DNA of 64,000 bases from Betaproteobacteria bacterium UBA2592 (GTDB lineage: Bacteria > Pseudomonadota > Gammaproteobacteria > Burkholderiales > Rhodocyclaceae): positions 831-64,830 of the forward strand of contig DDKS01000067.1 of the NCBI GenBank assembly GCA_002340095.1. Direction: 5' to 3'. This document shows, piece by piece, positions 56,470-64,000 of the stretch. The translations under genes were made by a program, and so were the position numbers. Position 1 is the first letter of the stretch. Each line of letters opens with the position of its first letter. A model generated the notes under the pieces. It worked only from the letters and a program-made list of their open reading frames with translations, was not told the DNA's origin and did no database searches.

Positions 56470-58437
56470 TCAGCCCTTGAGCTGCTCCAGGATGGCCGGG
56501 TTTTCCAGGGTGGAAGTATCCTGGGTGACTTCCTCGCCCTTGGCCAGGGAACGCAGCAGACGACGCATGATCTTGCCGGAACGGGTCTTGGGCAGGTTGT
56601 CGCCGAAGCGGATGTCCTTCGGCTTGGCGATGGGACCGATTTCCTTGCCCACCCAGTCCTGCAGTTCCTTGATGATCTTCTTGGCTTCGTCGCCGGTCGG
56701 ACGGGCCCGCTTGAGCACCACGAAGGCCACGATGGCTTCGCCGGTCAAGTCGTCGGGACGCCCCACCACGGCGGCTTCGGCCACGAGTTCGTGCGCCACC
56801 AGGGCGGATTCGATTTCCATGGTGCCCATGCGGTGGCCAGACACGTTGAGCACATCGTCGATACGGCCGGTGATAGTGAAGTAACCGGTCTTGGCATCAC
56901 GGATGGCGCCATCGCCTGCCAGATACAGGCGACCACCCAGATCCTCGGGGTAGTAGGACTTCTTGAACCGCTCGGGATCGCCCCAGATGGTACGGATCAT
57001 GGAAGGCCAGGGCTTCTTGACCACCAGGATACCGCCCTGACCCCAGGGCACATCGGAACCCGTCTCGTCCACCACTGCGGCCTGGATGCCGGGGAAGGGC
57101 AGCGTGCAGGAACCAGGCACCAGAGGGGTTGCACCGGGCATCGGAGTAATCATGTGCCCCCCCGTCTCGGTCTGCCAGAAGGTATCGACGATGGGGCAAC
57201 GACCACCGCCCACATTCTGGTAGTACCACTCCCAGGCAGCGGGATTGATGGGCTCACCCACGGAACCCAGCAGGCGCAGACTGGACAGGTCGTAGTTCTT
57301 GGGATGCACGGCGGGGTTGGCATCGGCCGCCTTGATCAGGGAACGGATGGCGGTCGGCGCAGTATAGAAGATGGTGGCCTTGTGGTCCTGGATCATCCTC
57401 CAGAAACGGCCGGCGTCCGGATAGGTGGGCACGCCTTCGAACACGACCTCGGTGGCACCGCAGGCCAGGGGGCCGTAAGTGATGTAGGTGTGACCAGTGA
57501 CCCAGCCGATATCGGCGGTACACCAGAAGACATCGGAAGGCTTGATGTCGAAGGTGTATTTCATGGTCAGAATGGCATGCAGCAAGTAACCACCGCTGGA
57601 GTGCTGCACTCCCTTGGGTTTGCCGGTGGAACCGGATGTGTAGAGCAGGAACAGGGGATGTTCGGCCTCGACCCACTCGGGCTCGCAGGTATCGGGCTGA
57701 TTGGCCAGACCTTCGTGCAGCCACTCGTCACGGCCAGGCACCATATTCACTTCGGCACCGGTGCGCTTGAAGACGATGACATGCTTGACGGACTCGCAGC
57801 CGCCCATGGAGAAAGCCTCGTCGGCGATGGGCTTCAGGGGAATGGACTTGCCGCCGCGGAACTGGCCATCGGAGGTGATCAGCACAACAGCGCCAGCATC
57901 GTTGATACGGTCGCGCAGGGACTGGGCGGAGAAACCGCCGAAGACGACGGAATGGGTGGCGCCAATGCGGGCGCAGGCCTGCATGGCGACGACGCCCTCG
58001 ATCGTCATGGGCAGATAGATGACGACGCGATCACCCTTCTTGACCCCCTTGCTTTTGAGCAGGTTGGCCATCTTGCAGACGCGGACCAGCAGTTCCTTGT
58101 AGGTCACCTTGGTGACCTGGCCGTCATCAGCCTCGAAAATGATGGCGGTTTTGTCGCCGTTACCAGCCTCGATGTTGCGATCCAGACAGTTATAGGAGAC
58201 GTTCAGCTTGCCATCGGAGAACCACTTGTAAAAAGGCGCATCGGACTCATCCAGCACCTGGGTGAAGGGGGTCTGCCAGCTCACCAGTTCCCGTGCATGG
58301 CGGGCCCAGTAGCCTTCGTAATCCTGTTCCGCCTCCGCGCACAGCGCCTTGTAGGCATCCATCCCGGAAACAGCTGCATTCTTCACGAACTCGGGGGACG
58401 GATAGTAAAGCTGCACGGATTCATTCGACATAGACAT
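56470..58437 (-). CDS. acs: Acetyl-CoA synthetase
   Basis: [19 protein letters not shown]-binding motif [32 protein letters not shown]. The start may be the second ATG at 58431, which has better spacing to GAGGAGA. Confidence 0.95.
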   Translation of the reverse strand: MSMSNESVQLYYPSPEFVKNAAVSGMDAYKALCAEAEQDYEGYWARHARELVSWQTPFTQVLDESDAPFYKWFSDGKLNVSYNCLDRNIEAGNGDKTAIIFEADDGQVTKVTYKELLVRVCKMANLLKSKGVKKGDRVVIYLPMTIEGVVAMQACARIGATHSVVFGGFSAQSLRDRINDAGAVVLITSDGQFRGGKSIPLKPIADEAFSMGGCESVKHVIVFKRTGAEVNMVPGRDEWLHEGLANQPDTCEPEWVEAEHPLFLLYTSGSTGKPKGVQHSSGGYLLHAILTMKYTFDIKPSDVFWCTADIGWVTGHTYITYGPLACGATEVVFEGVPTYPDAGRFWRMIQDHKATIFYTAPTAIRSLIKAADANPAVHPKNYDLSSLRLLGSVGEPINPAAWEWYYQNVGGGRCPIVDTFWQTETGGHMITPMPGATPLVPGSCTLPFPGIQAAVVDETGSDVPWGQGGILVVKKPWPSMIRTIWGDPERFKKSYYPEDLGGRLYLAGDGAIRDAKTGYFTITGRIDDVLNVSGHRMGTMEIESALVAHELVAEAAVVGRPDDLTGEAIVAFVVLKRARPTGDEAKKIIKELQDWVGKEIGPIAKPKDIRFGDNLPKTRSGKIMRRLLRSLAKGEEVTQDTSTLENPAILEQLKG

Positions 58438-58741
58438 TCTCCTCTGCGGTATAGGTATCGGGTGATACTTCGGATGAACTGCATAAACAGACGTTTTCGC
58501 AGCATTAGACTCAGATAATCTTACAAAGCGCTTACACTTTCACGCTGCAGCGCAGCATCTGCGCGGCTTGCAGGGCCGCAGCAGCCCATGGCGCTCATGA
58601 TAAAATCCGGCCCGCCCTGCCCCGCATCCTTCGCGACACCCATGACGCCGGCGCCCCCGGCCATGGATCCCGCCGTGGGCGGGATCGCCGGACGACGGCC
58701 CGGAAAGCCCCCCCCGCAACGACCATCACGGAGATAAGCAC

Positions 58742-60262
58742 ATGACAAGTATCCGCCAGGAAGACCTGATCCAGTCCATCGCCGACGCCTTCCAGTACAT
58801 CAGCTACTACCATCCCCTGGACTACATCAAGGCCCTGGGCGAAGCCTACGAGCGTGAGGAATCCCCCGCCGCCAAGGATGCGATTGCCCAGATCCTGACC
58901 AATTCCCGCATGGCTGCTGAAGGCCACCGCCCCATCTGCCAGGATACCGGCATCGGCATGGTCTTCCTCAAGGTCGGCATGAACGTGCGCTGGGACGATG
59001 CCACCATGAGCCTGCAGGAGATGGTCAACGAAGGCGTGCGCCGTGCCTACGCCAATCCGGACAACCCGCTGCGCGCCTCGGTGCTGGCCGACCCGGCCGG
59101 TGCCCGCAAGAACACCAAGGACAACACCCCGGCCGTCGTGCATTACGAGATCGTCCCCGGCGACCACGTGGAAGTCATCTGCGCCGCCAAGGGGGGCGGC
59201 TCGGAAGCCAAATCCAAGTTCGCCATGCTCAACCCGTCCGACGACCTGGTTGACTGGGTGCTGAAGAAGATTCCGGAAATGGGCGCCGGCTGGTGCCCGC
59301 CGGGCATCATCGGCATCGGCATCGGTGGCACGCCGGAAAAGGCCATGCTGCTGGCCAAGGAATCGATCATGGCGCCGGTGGACATCCACGAATTGAAGGC
59401 TCGCGGCCCGAAGAACCGCGCCGAGGAACTCCGTCTCGAGCTGTACGAAAAGATCAACGCGCTGGGCGTTGGCGCCCAGGGTCTGGGCGGCCTGACCACC
59501 GTGCTCGACGTCAAGGTGCTCGACTACCCTTGCCACGCGGCCAACCTGCCGGTCGCGCTGGTGCCGAACTGCGCCGCCACACGCCACTGCCACTTCCATC
59601 TGGATGGCTCCGGCCCGGCCAGGCTCGAACCGCCCAAGCTCTCCGACTGGCCGGCCGTGACCTGGACACCGGATATCAAGTCGGCGACCCGCGTCAATCT
59701 CGACACCCTGACCAAGGACGAAGTCGCCTCCTGGAAGGTCGGCCAGAAGCTGCTCTTGAACGGCAAGATGCTCACCGGCCGCGATGCCGCGCACAAGCGC
59801 ATCCAGGACATGCTGGCCAAGGGTGAGAAGCTGCCGGTCGATTTCACCAACCGCGTCATCTACTATGTTGGCCCGGTCGATCCGGTGCGCGACGAAGTCG
59901 TCGGCCCGGCCGGTCCGACCACCGCCACCCGCATGGACAAGTTCACCCGCATGATGCTGGAAAAAACCGGCCTCATCTCGATGATCGGCAAATCCGAGCG
60001 CGGTCCGGTCGCCATCGAGGCGATCAAGGACAACAAGTCGGCCTACCTGATGGCCGTGGGCGGCGCCGCCTACCTCGTGGCCAAGGCGATCAAGTCGGCC
60101 AAGGTGGTGGGATTCGAGGATCTGGGCATGGAAGCGATTTACGAGTTCGAAGTGCAGGACATGCCGGTGACGGTGGCGGTGGACTCCACCGGTGCGAACG
60201 TCCATGAAAGCGGCCCGAAGGAATGGCAGATCAAGATCGGCAAGATTCCGGTCAAGGCCTGA
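58742..60262 (+). CDS. fumA: Class I (Fe-S) fumarate hydratase
   Basis: ICQDTGIGMVFLKVG, AAKGGGSEAKSKF, GIGIGGTPEKAM, and a C-terminal beta-type domain (LLLNGKMLTGRDAAHKR). GGAG sits 8 nt before the ATG. Confidence 0.9.
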   Translation: MTSIRQEDLIQSIADAFQYISYYHPLDYIKALGEAYEREESPAAKDAIAQILTNSRMAAEGHRPICQDTGIGMVFLKVGMNVRWDDATMSLQEMVNEGVRRAYANPDNPLRASVLADPAGARKNTKDNTPAVVHYEIVPGDHVEVICAAKGGGSEAKSKFAMLNPSDDLVDWVLKKIPEMGAGWCPPGIIGIGIGGTPEKAMLLAKESIMAPVDIHELKARGPKNRAEELRLELYEKINALGVGAQGLGGLTTVLDVKVLDYPCHAANLPVALVPNCAATRHCHFHLDGSGPARLEPPKLSDWPAVTWTPDIKSATRVNLDTLTKDEVASWKVGQKLLLNGKMLTGRDAAHKRIQDMLAKGEKLPVDFTNRVIYYVGPVDPVRDEVVGPAGPTTATRMDKFTRMMLEKTGLISMIGKSERGPVAIEAIKDNKSAYLMAVGGAAYLVAKAIKSAKVVGFEDLGMEAIYEFEVQDMPVTVAVDSTGANVHESGPKEWQIKIGKIPVKA

Positions 60263-60279
60263 GCGCTCCGCTCCCACCA

Positions 60280-60307
60280 GGCCCGCCCCGCCCGGCGGGC
60301 CTTTTTC
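60280..60307 (+). terminator. Rho-independent terminator after fumA
   Basis: GGCCCGCC-CCGCCC-GGCGGGCC followed by TTTTTC. Confidence 0.75.
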
Positions 60308-60366
60308 ATGGGACCTCGCCCCTTCACGATCCAGAAGGAACTCCCTCCTTTCACACCCCCATCGCC

Positions 60367-60726
60367 ATGGACATCCAACGTCACGGAACCACCCGCCGTT
60401 ATTCCGATTTCGTCTGCCACGCAGGCACCGTCTATCTGGTGGAAGTGCCACCGGACCCCACGGCCGACATCCGCACCCAGACCCGGGAAACCCTGGCCAG
60501 CCTCGAACGGCTGCTGGCCCAGGCCGGCAGCGACAAGTCGCGCCTGCTGCTGGCCACCCTCTATCTGCGCGACATGGCCGATTACGAGGCCATGAACGAA
60601 GTCTGGGACGCCTGGCTTCCTGCCGGCACAGCCCCGGCCCGGGCCTGCGTGCAGGCAAAACTGGCCCATCCGGATTACCGGGTCGAAATCGTGCTCATCG
60701 CCGCCCAGAACCGCCAGCCCGCCTGA
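60367..60726 (+). CDS. RidA/YjgF/UK114 family protein
   Basis: MDIQRHGTTRRYSDFVCHAGTVYLV...TRETLASLERLLAQAGSDKSRLLLATLYLRDMADYEAMNEVW...ARACVQAKL...VEIVLIAA. Confidence 0.8.
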   Translation: MDIQRHGTTRRYSDFVCHAGTVYLVEVPPDPTADIRTQTRETLASLERLLAQAGSDKSRLLLATLYLRDMADYEAMNEVWDAWLPAGTAPARACVQAKLAHPDYRVEIVLIAAQNRQPA

Positions 60727-60736
60727 GACACAAGGC

Positions 60737-61681
60737 TCAGCCCCCGCTCCTGAGGGGCTTCCCGGGACCATGCACGCGCACTTGCCCCGGTCCGGCCGCC
60801 CTGGCCTCTTCCAGCCGGCACAGGGCCAGATGCAGCAGCGACTCGCCGGAAAGCCCACCGTCCTCGGGACGGCTGGCTGCCCCGGCGCTGAAAGACAAGG
60901 GCACCAACCGCCCCTGCACCACGATGCGGGCGGATGCGGCGCTGCGGGCCACCCGACTGGCAAAGGCAGCGCACTGATCAAGGCGATGGCAGCGGGTGGC
61001 AATGGCAAAACAGCCGGGCCGGTAGTGGCCGATGATGTCGCCCCCCGTGAGCTTGCTCTGCACCAGCCGGGCAAAACGCTCCGTGATGCGGGCGGCGACA
61101 GCCTTGCCGAAGCTGGTTTCCAGACCCGCGTAGCCATCCGCCTCGAAAACCAGGATGGCCCCGGTGTCCCCGGGGCTGGCCAGCATGCGCTGGATCCCCG
61201 TTTCCAGCAGGGTGCGGGACAGCAGCCCGGCATCCCTGAAGCCCATCCCGCCCTTGCCGGAGCGGGCGGGAATGGATGGCGGCATCTCGCCCCTGGCAGC
61301 TTCCCCGGCCGTTGCCCGGTGGGGAGCCAGCCGTTCCAGGATTGCGGCCTTTTCGGTGCCATTGAGGATGTAGCCGTCAAGCCCCAGTTTTTCCGCCTCC
61401 GGAAGGATCTCGGCAATCCGGGTCTCCGAACCCACGAAATAAAAAGGAAGTTGTTTGAGGCGCTTGAGCTTGCTGCGGCGCAGGCGCTCCAGCAGATCAA
61501 GCCCCTTGAGCCGGGACACATCCGGCCCGGCGATGACGCAAGTCACATCGTGGTCGAGAACCAGGGTCTGCCATGCCGATTCGCCATCCAGCGCCTCGAC
61601 GATCTGAAAATCCCCGGCCAGATGCCGGGCCAGGGTACCGCGCACAACCCTGGATTGATGCACGAGCAATATCTTTCTCAT
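60737..61681 (-). CDS. Pseudo-receiver + degenerate GGDEF domain protein
   Basis: The REC-like N-terminus reads ILLVHQS (acidic pair replaced) and YILNG where K-P is expected. The C-terminal GGDEF fold has YRPGCFAI in place of GGDEF/GGEEF and no RxxD. Confidence 0.75.
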   Translation of the reverse strand: MRKILLVHQSRVVRGTLARHLAGDFQIVEALDGESAWQTLVLDHDVTCVIAGPDVSRLKGLDLLERLRRSKLKRLKQLPFYFVGSETRIAEILPEAEKLGLDGYILNGTEKAAILERLAPHRATAGEAARGEMPPSIPARSGKGGMGFRDAGLLSRTLLETGIQRMLASPGDTGAILVFEADGYAGLETSFGKAVAARITERFARLVQSKLTGGDIIGHYRPGCFAIATRCHRLDQCAAFASRVARSAASARIVVQGRLVPLSFSAGAASRPEDGGLSGESLLHLALCRLEEARAAGPGQVRVHGPGKPLRSGG

Positions 61682-61822
61682 ACAAAGTCATAAAGCAAAA
61701 TCTGACTGAATTCCAGCCCTGAAAGGCGCTGTCCATTTTGCATGCGCCACAATCCGCCCGACAGTTTAATGCATATGGAATCAAAGGAGGAAGATCGGGA
61801 GACGCGCGGAGGCTCCCGAGCC

Positions 61823-61864
61823 GGAAAAGGAAAACCCCGCCGGCTCAGGAAGCCGACGGGGTTT
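61823..61864 (-). terminator. Rho-independent terminator after tRNA-Val
   Basis: Minus strand reads AAACCCCGTCGGCT-TCCTG-AGCCGGCGGGGTTT (one mismatch) followed by TCCTTTTCC. Confidence 0.65.
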
Positions 61865-61867
61865 ATC

Positions 61868-61943
61868 TGGTGGGTGCTGACGGGGTCGAACCGCCGACAT
61901 TCGCCTTGTAAGGGCGACGCTCTACCAACTGAGCTAAGCACCC
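61868..61943 (-). tRNA. tRNA-Val (anticodon TAC)
   Basis: Acceptor GGGTGCT/AGCACCC, D-arm GCTC-AGTTGGTA-GAGC, anticodon arm TCGCC-CTTACAA-GGCGA, T-arm GGCGG-TTCGACC-CCGTC (one G-U), encoded CCA. Confidence 0.9.
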
Positions 61944-61950
61944 GAATGCA

Positions 61951-62223
61951 TTAGTTTACCGCGTCTTTGAGCGCCTTGCCAGCACGGAACTTGGGAACCT
62001 TGGCGGATTTGATCTTGATGGCAGCGCCAGTCCTGGGATTGCGGCCACTACGGGCAGCCCGTTCACCCACGTAGAATGTGCCAAAGCCCACCAGCGTCAG
62101 CATCTCGCCGCCCTTGAGTGCCTTGGTCACGGCAGAGATGGTGGCATCGAGCGCACGACCCGCGGCAGCCTTGGAAATGTCGGCTTCAGCAGCGATTGCA
62201 TCAATCAATTCGGATTTATTCAC
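61951..62223 (-). CDS. hupB: HU family DNA-binding protein (beta-like)
   Basis: [40 protein letters not shown]...[24 protein letters not shown] start with AGAGGGGG upstream. Confidence 0.95.
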   Translation of the reverse strand: MNKSELIDAIAAEADISKAAAGRALDATISAVTKALKGGEMLTLVGFGTFYVGERAARSGRNPRTGAAIKIKSAKVPKFRAGKALKDAVN

Positions 62224-62274
62224 TTAAGACCCCCTCTTTGGTTGGAATCAAACGGATGACAACCTGCACGGCGC

Positions 62275-62304
62275 TTTATATCCCCCGCAAAAGTACCGTG
62301 TCAA
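62275..62304 (-). promoter_or_regulatory. Sigma-70-type promoter for hupB(-tRNA-Val)
   Basis: Minus strand reads TTGACA, an 18-nt spacer, TATAAA, about 50 nt upstream of the hupB start. Confidence 0.55.
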
Positions 62305-62349
62305 GCAAATTGCAGAGCCGACGGACACATCCGGCAAAGCCGCCCAGGA

Positions 62350-62375
62350 CTGGCCGGATGCGCTGATCCGGCCAG
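62350..62375 (-). terminator. GC hairpin after lon
   Basis: A 10-bp stem CTGGCCGGAT-GCGCTG-ATCCGGCCAG, 18 nt after the lon stop. No U-tract. Confidence 0.45.
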
Positions 62376-62392
62376 CAGCTCCGGCGGACGTT

Positions 62393-64000
62393 TCAGTGGG
62401 TGATCACCCCTTTGGCTTCTGCCGTGGTTTCTGCCAGGGGGGCAATGGCTTCCTGGCCGTCCTCCCGCAGGGGTTCAGGCAGCCGCTCCAGGGCCTTTTC
62501 CAGCACCTGGTCAATCCACTTCACGGGCAGGATTTCGATGCGGTTCTTGATGTTGTCCGGAATATCCACCAGATCCTTGACGTTCTCTTCGGGAATCAGG
62601 GCCATTCTGAGACCGCCGCGCACGGCGGCCAGCAGCTTTTCCTTGAGGCCGCCGATGGCCAGGACCTCGCCACGCAGGGTGATTTCCCCGGTCATGCAGA
62701 CGTCGCAGCGAACCGGAATGCCGGTGAAGGCCGAAACCAGGGCAGTCGTCATGGCAATGCCGGCGGATGGGCCATCCTTGGGGGTGGCGCCTTCGGGGAC
62801 GTGGATATGGATGTCCAGCTTCTCGAAGGCATCCGGGCCGATGCCCAGGCGCTGGGCGCGGGCGCGCACCACGGACCGTGCTGCCTCGACGGATTCCTTC
62901 ATCACGTCGCCCAGGGAGCCGGTGCGCAGGATGTTACCCTTGCCGGGCATGACGGCGCATTCGATGGTCAGCAGTTCCCCACCCACTTCGGTCCAGGCCA
63001 GACCGGTGACCTGCCCCACCTGATTTTCCTTTTCCGCCATGCCGAAGCTGTAGCGCCGCACTCCCAGGAACTTTTCCAGATTCTTGGCGTTGACCACCAC
63101 CTTGGCCTTGCGCCGGGTAAGCAGCAGCATCTTCACGACCTTGCGGCAGATTTTGGAAATCTCCCGGTCGAGGCTGCGCACCCCGGCTTCGCGGGTGTAG
63201 TAGCGGACAATGTCGACAATGGCGCTCTCGCTGACCGACAGTTCCGTGGCCTTGACGCCGTTGTTCTTCATCTGCTTGGGCAGCAGGTAGCGCATGGCGA
63301 TGCTGACCTTCTCATCCTCCGTGTAGCCGGACAGACGGATCACCTCCATCCGGTCCAGCAAGGGCGCCGGGATATTGAGCGTGTTGGCCGTGGCCACGAA
63401 CATCACGTCAGAAAGATCGAAGTCCACCTCCACGTAATGATCCTGGAAGGTATGGTTCTGTTCCGGATCCAGCACCTCCAGCAGGGCGGAGGAAGGGTCG
63501 CCACGGAAGTCCTGGCCCAGTTTATCCACCTCATCGAGCAGGAACAGGGGATTGCGCACCCCGGTCTTGGACAGGCTCTGGAGGATCTTCCCGGGCATGG
63601 AGCCGATATAGGTCCGGCGGTGGCCGCGGATCTCGGCCTCGTCACGCACGCCGCCCAGGGCCATGCGCACGAACTTGCGGTTGGTGGCCTTGGCGATGGA
63701 CTGGCCGAGGGAGGTCTTGCCCACCCCCGGCGGACCGACGAGGCAGAGGATGGGGGCTTTGACCTTGTCTACCCGCTGCTGCACGGCCAGATATTCGATG
63801 ATGCGTTCCTTGACCTTTTCGAGGCCGAAATGGTCGGCATCCAGCACCTTCTCGGCTGCCTTGAGGTCTTTGCTGATGCGGGTCTTCTTTTTCCAGGGCA
63901 GTGCAATCAAAGTCTCGATGTAGTTGCGCACCACCGTAGCTTCGGCAGACATGGGAGACATGAGCCGCAGCTTCTTCAACTCGCCCTGAGCTTTGGCCAG
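62393..64000 (-). CDS. lon: Lon protease (5' end outside the window)
   Basis: [24 protein letters not shown], Walker [11 protein letters not shown], and the protease domain [17 protein letters not shown] (catalytic Ser). The frame stays open to position 64000. Confidence 0.96.
   Translation of the reverse strand: MAKAQGELKKLRLMSPMSAEATVVRNYIETLIALPWKKKTRISKDLKAAEKVLDADHFGLEKVKERIIEYLAVQQRVDKVKAPILCLVGPPGVGKTSLGQSIAKATNRKFVRMALGGVRDEAEIRGHRRTYIGSMPGKILQSLSKTGVRNPLFLLDEVDKLGQDFRGDPSSALLEVLDPEQNHTFQDHYVEVDFDLSDVMFVATANTLNIPAPLLDRMEVIRLSGYTEDEKVSIAMRYLLPKQMKNNGVKATELSVSESAIVDIVRYYTREAGVRSLDREISKICRKVVKMLLLTRRKAKVVVNAKNLEKFLGVRRYSFGMAEKENQVGQVTGLAWTEVGGELLTIECAVMPGKGNILRTGSLGDVMKESVEAARSVVRARAQRLGIGPDAFEKLDIHIHVPEGATPKDGPSAGIAMTTALVSAFTGIPVRCDVCMTGEITLRGEVLAIGGLKEKLLAAVRGGLRMALIPEENVKDLVDIPDNIKNRIEILPVKWIDQVLEKALERLPEPLREDGQEAIAPLAETTAEAKGVITH

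Noticed and set aside
56341-58518. A 725-aa plus-strand ORF, and similarly 58595-60658 (minus, 687 aa), 29393-31912 (plus, 839 aa), 8446-10407 (plus, 653 aa), 1904-3829 (plus, 641 aa) and 17936-19396 (plus, 486 aa)
   Set aside because: Each is antisense to a gene with unambiguous identity (acs, fumA, infB, folC/accD, rhlE/HD-GYP, asd/leuB) and has shadow-frame composition.
58438-58741. CRP- or sigma-54-type sites in the acs/fumA divergent region
   Set aside because: I found an AT-rich patch and a short palindrome (CGCTGCAGCG), but nothing matching TGTGA-N6-TCACA or TGGCAC-N5-TTGC well enough to call by eye.

Overview
High-GC proteobacterial chromosome segment. The gene order (lon-hupB-tRNA-Val; leuC-ecn-leuD-leuB-asd-fimV-truA-trpFBA-accD-folC-SPOR-cvpA-purF-metZ; rimP-nusA-infB-rbfA; mutS) suggests a beta-proteobacterium of the Rhodocyclales/Burkholderiales type, but that is inference only. 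I support about 50 protein genes, 3 tRNAs, and several promoters and terminators. Most of the window is syntenic housekeeping DNA on the minus strand, packed with stop/start overlaps. Two regions stand out. (1) 39.2-45.6 kb is a roughly 6.4 kb islet between tRNA-Ser(GGA) and tRNA-Pro(GGG). It carries a MocR-type regulator with a triple operator repeat, a divergent SnoaL/7-TM/LysE/DinB operon, a PNPOx-like gene and a GNAT gene. It also holds a 5'-truncated IS4-superfamily transposase and a diverged, internally deleted second copy of the dinB-PNPOx junction. (2) 45.8-58.4 kb is a co-directional acetate-utilisation array. It links acs and a VC2705-type Na+/solute symporter plus DUF4212 to a symporter-fused histidine kinase and an output-less receiver. 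Also in the array are a HAMP-PAS-pseudokinase fused to an intact DEDDh exonuclease, a cNMP/CBS/DUF294 nucleotidyltransferase, and a catalytically dead DnaQ-fold protein. This array is my best candidate for an under-described signalling system. Smaller observations:
- a frameshifted GGDEF gene;
- a 41-aa entericidin-like lipoprotein gene missing from the ORF track;
- Pho-box-like repeats upstream of pit;
- mutS overlapping a secreted metallophosphoesterase gene;
- hairpin/T-tracts abutting two start codons;
- a pseudo-receiver/degenerate GGDEF protein.
The many long ORFs antisense to real genes are treated as high-GC artefacts. All calls come from reading translations and motifs by eye; no searches were run.
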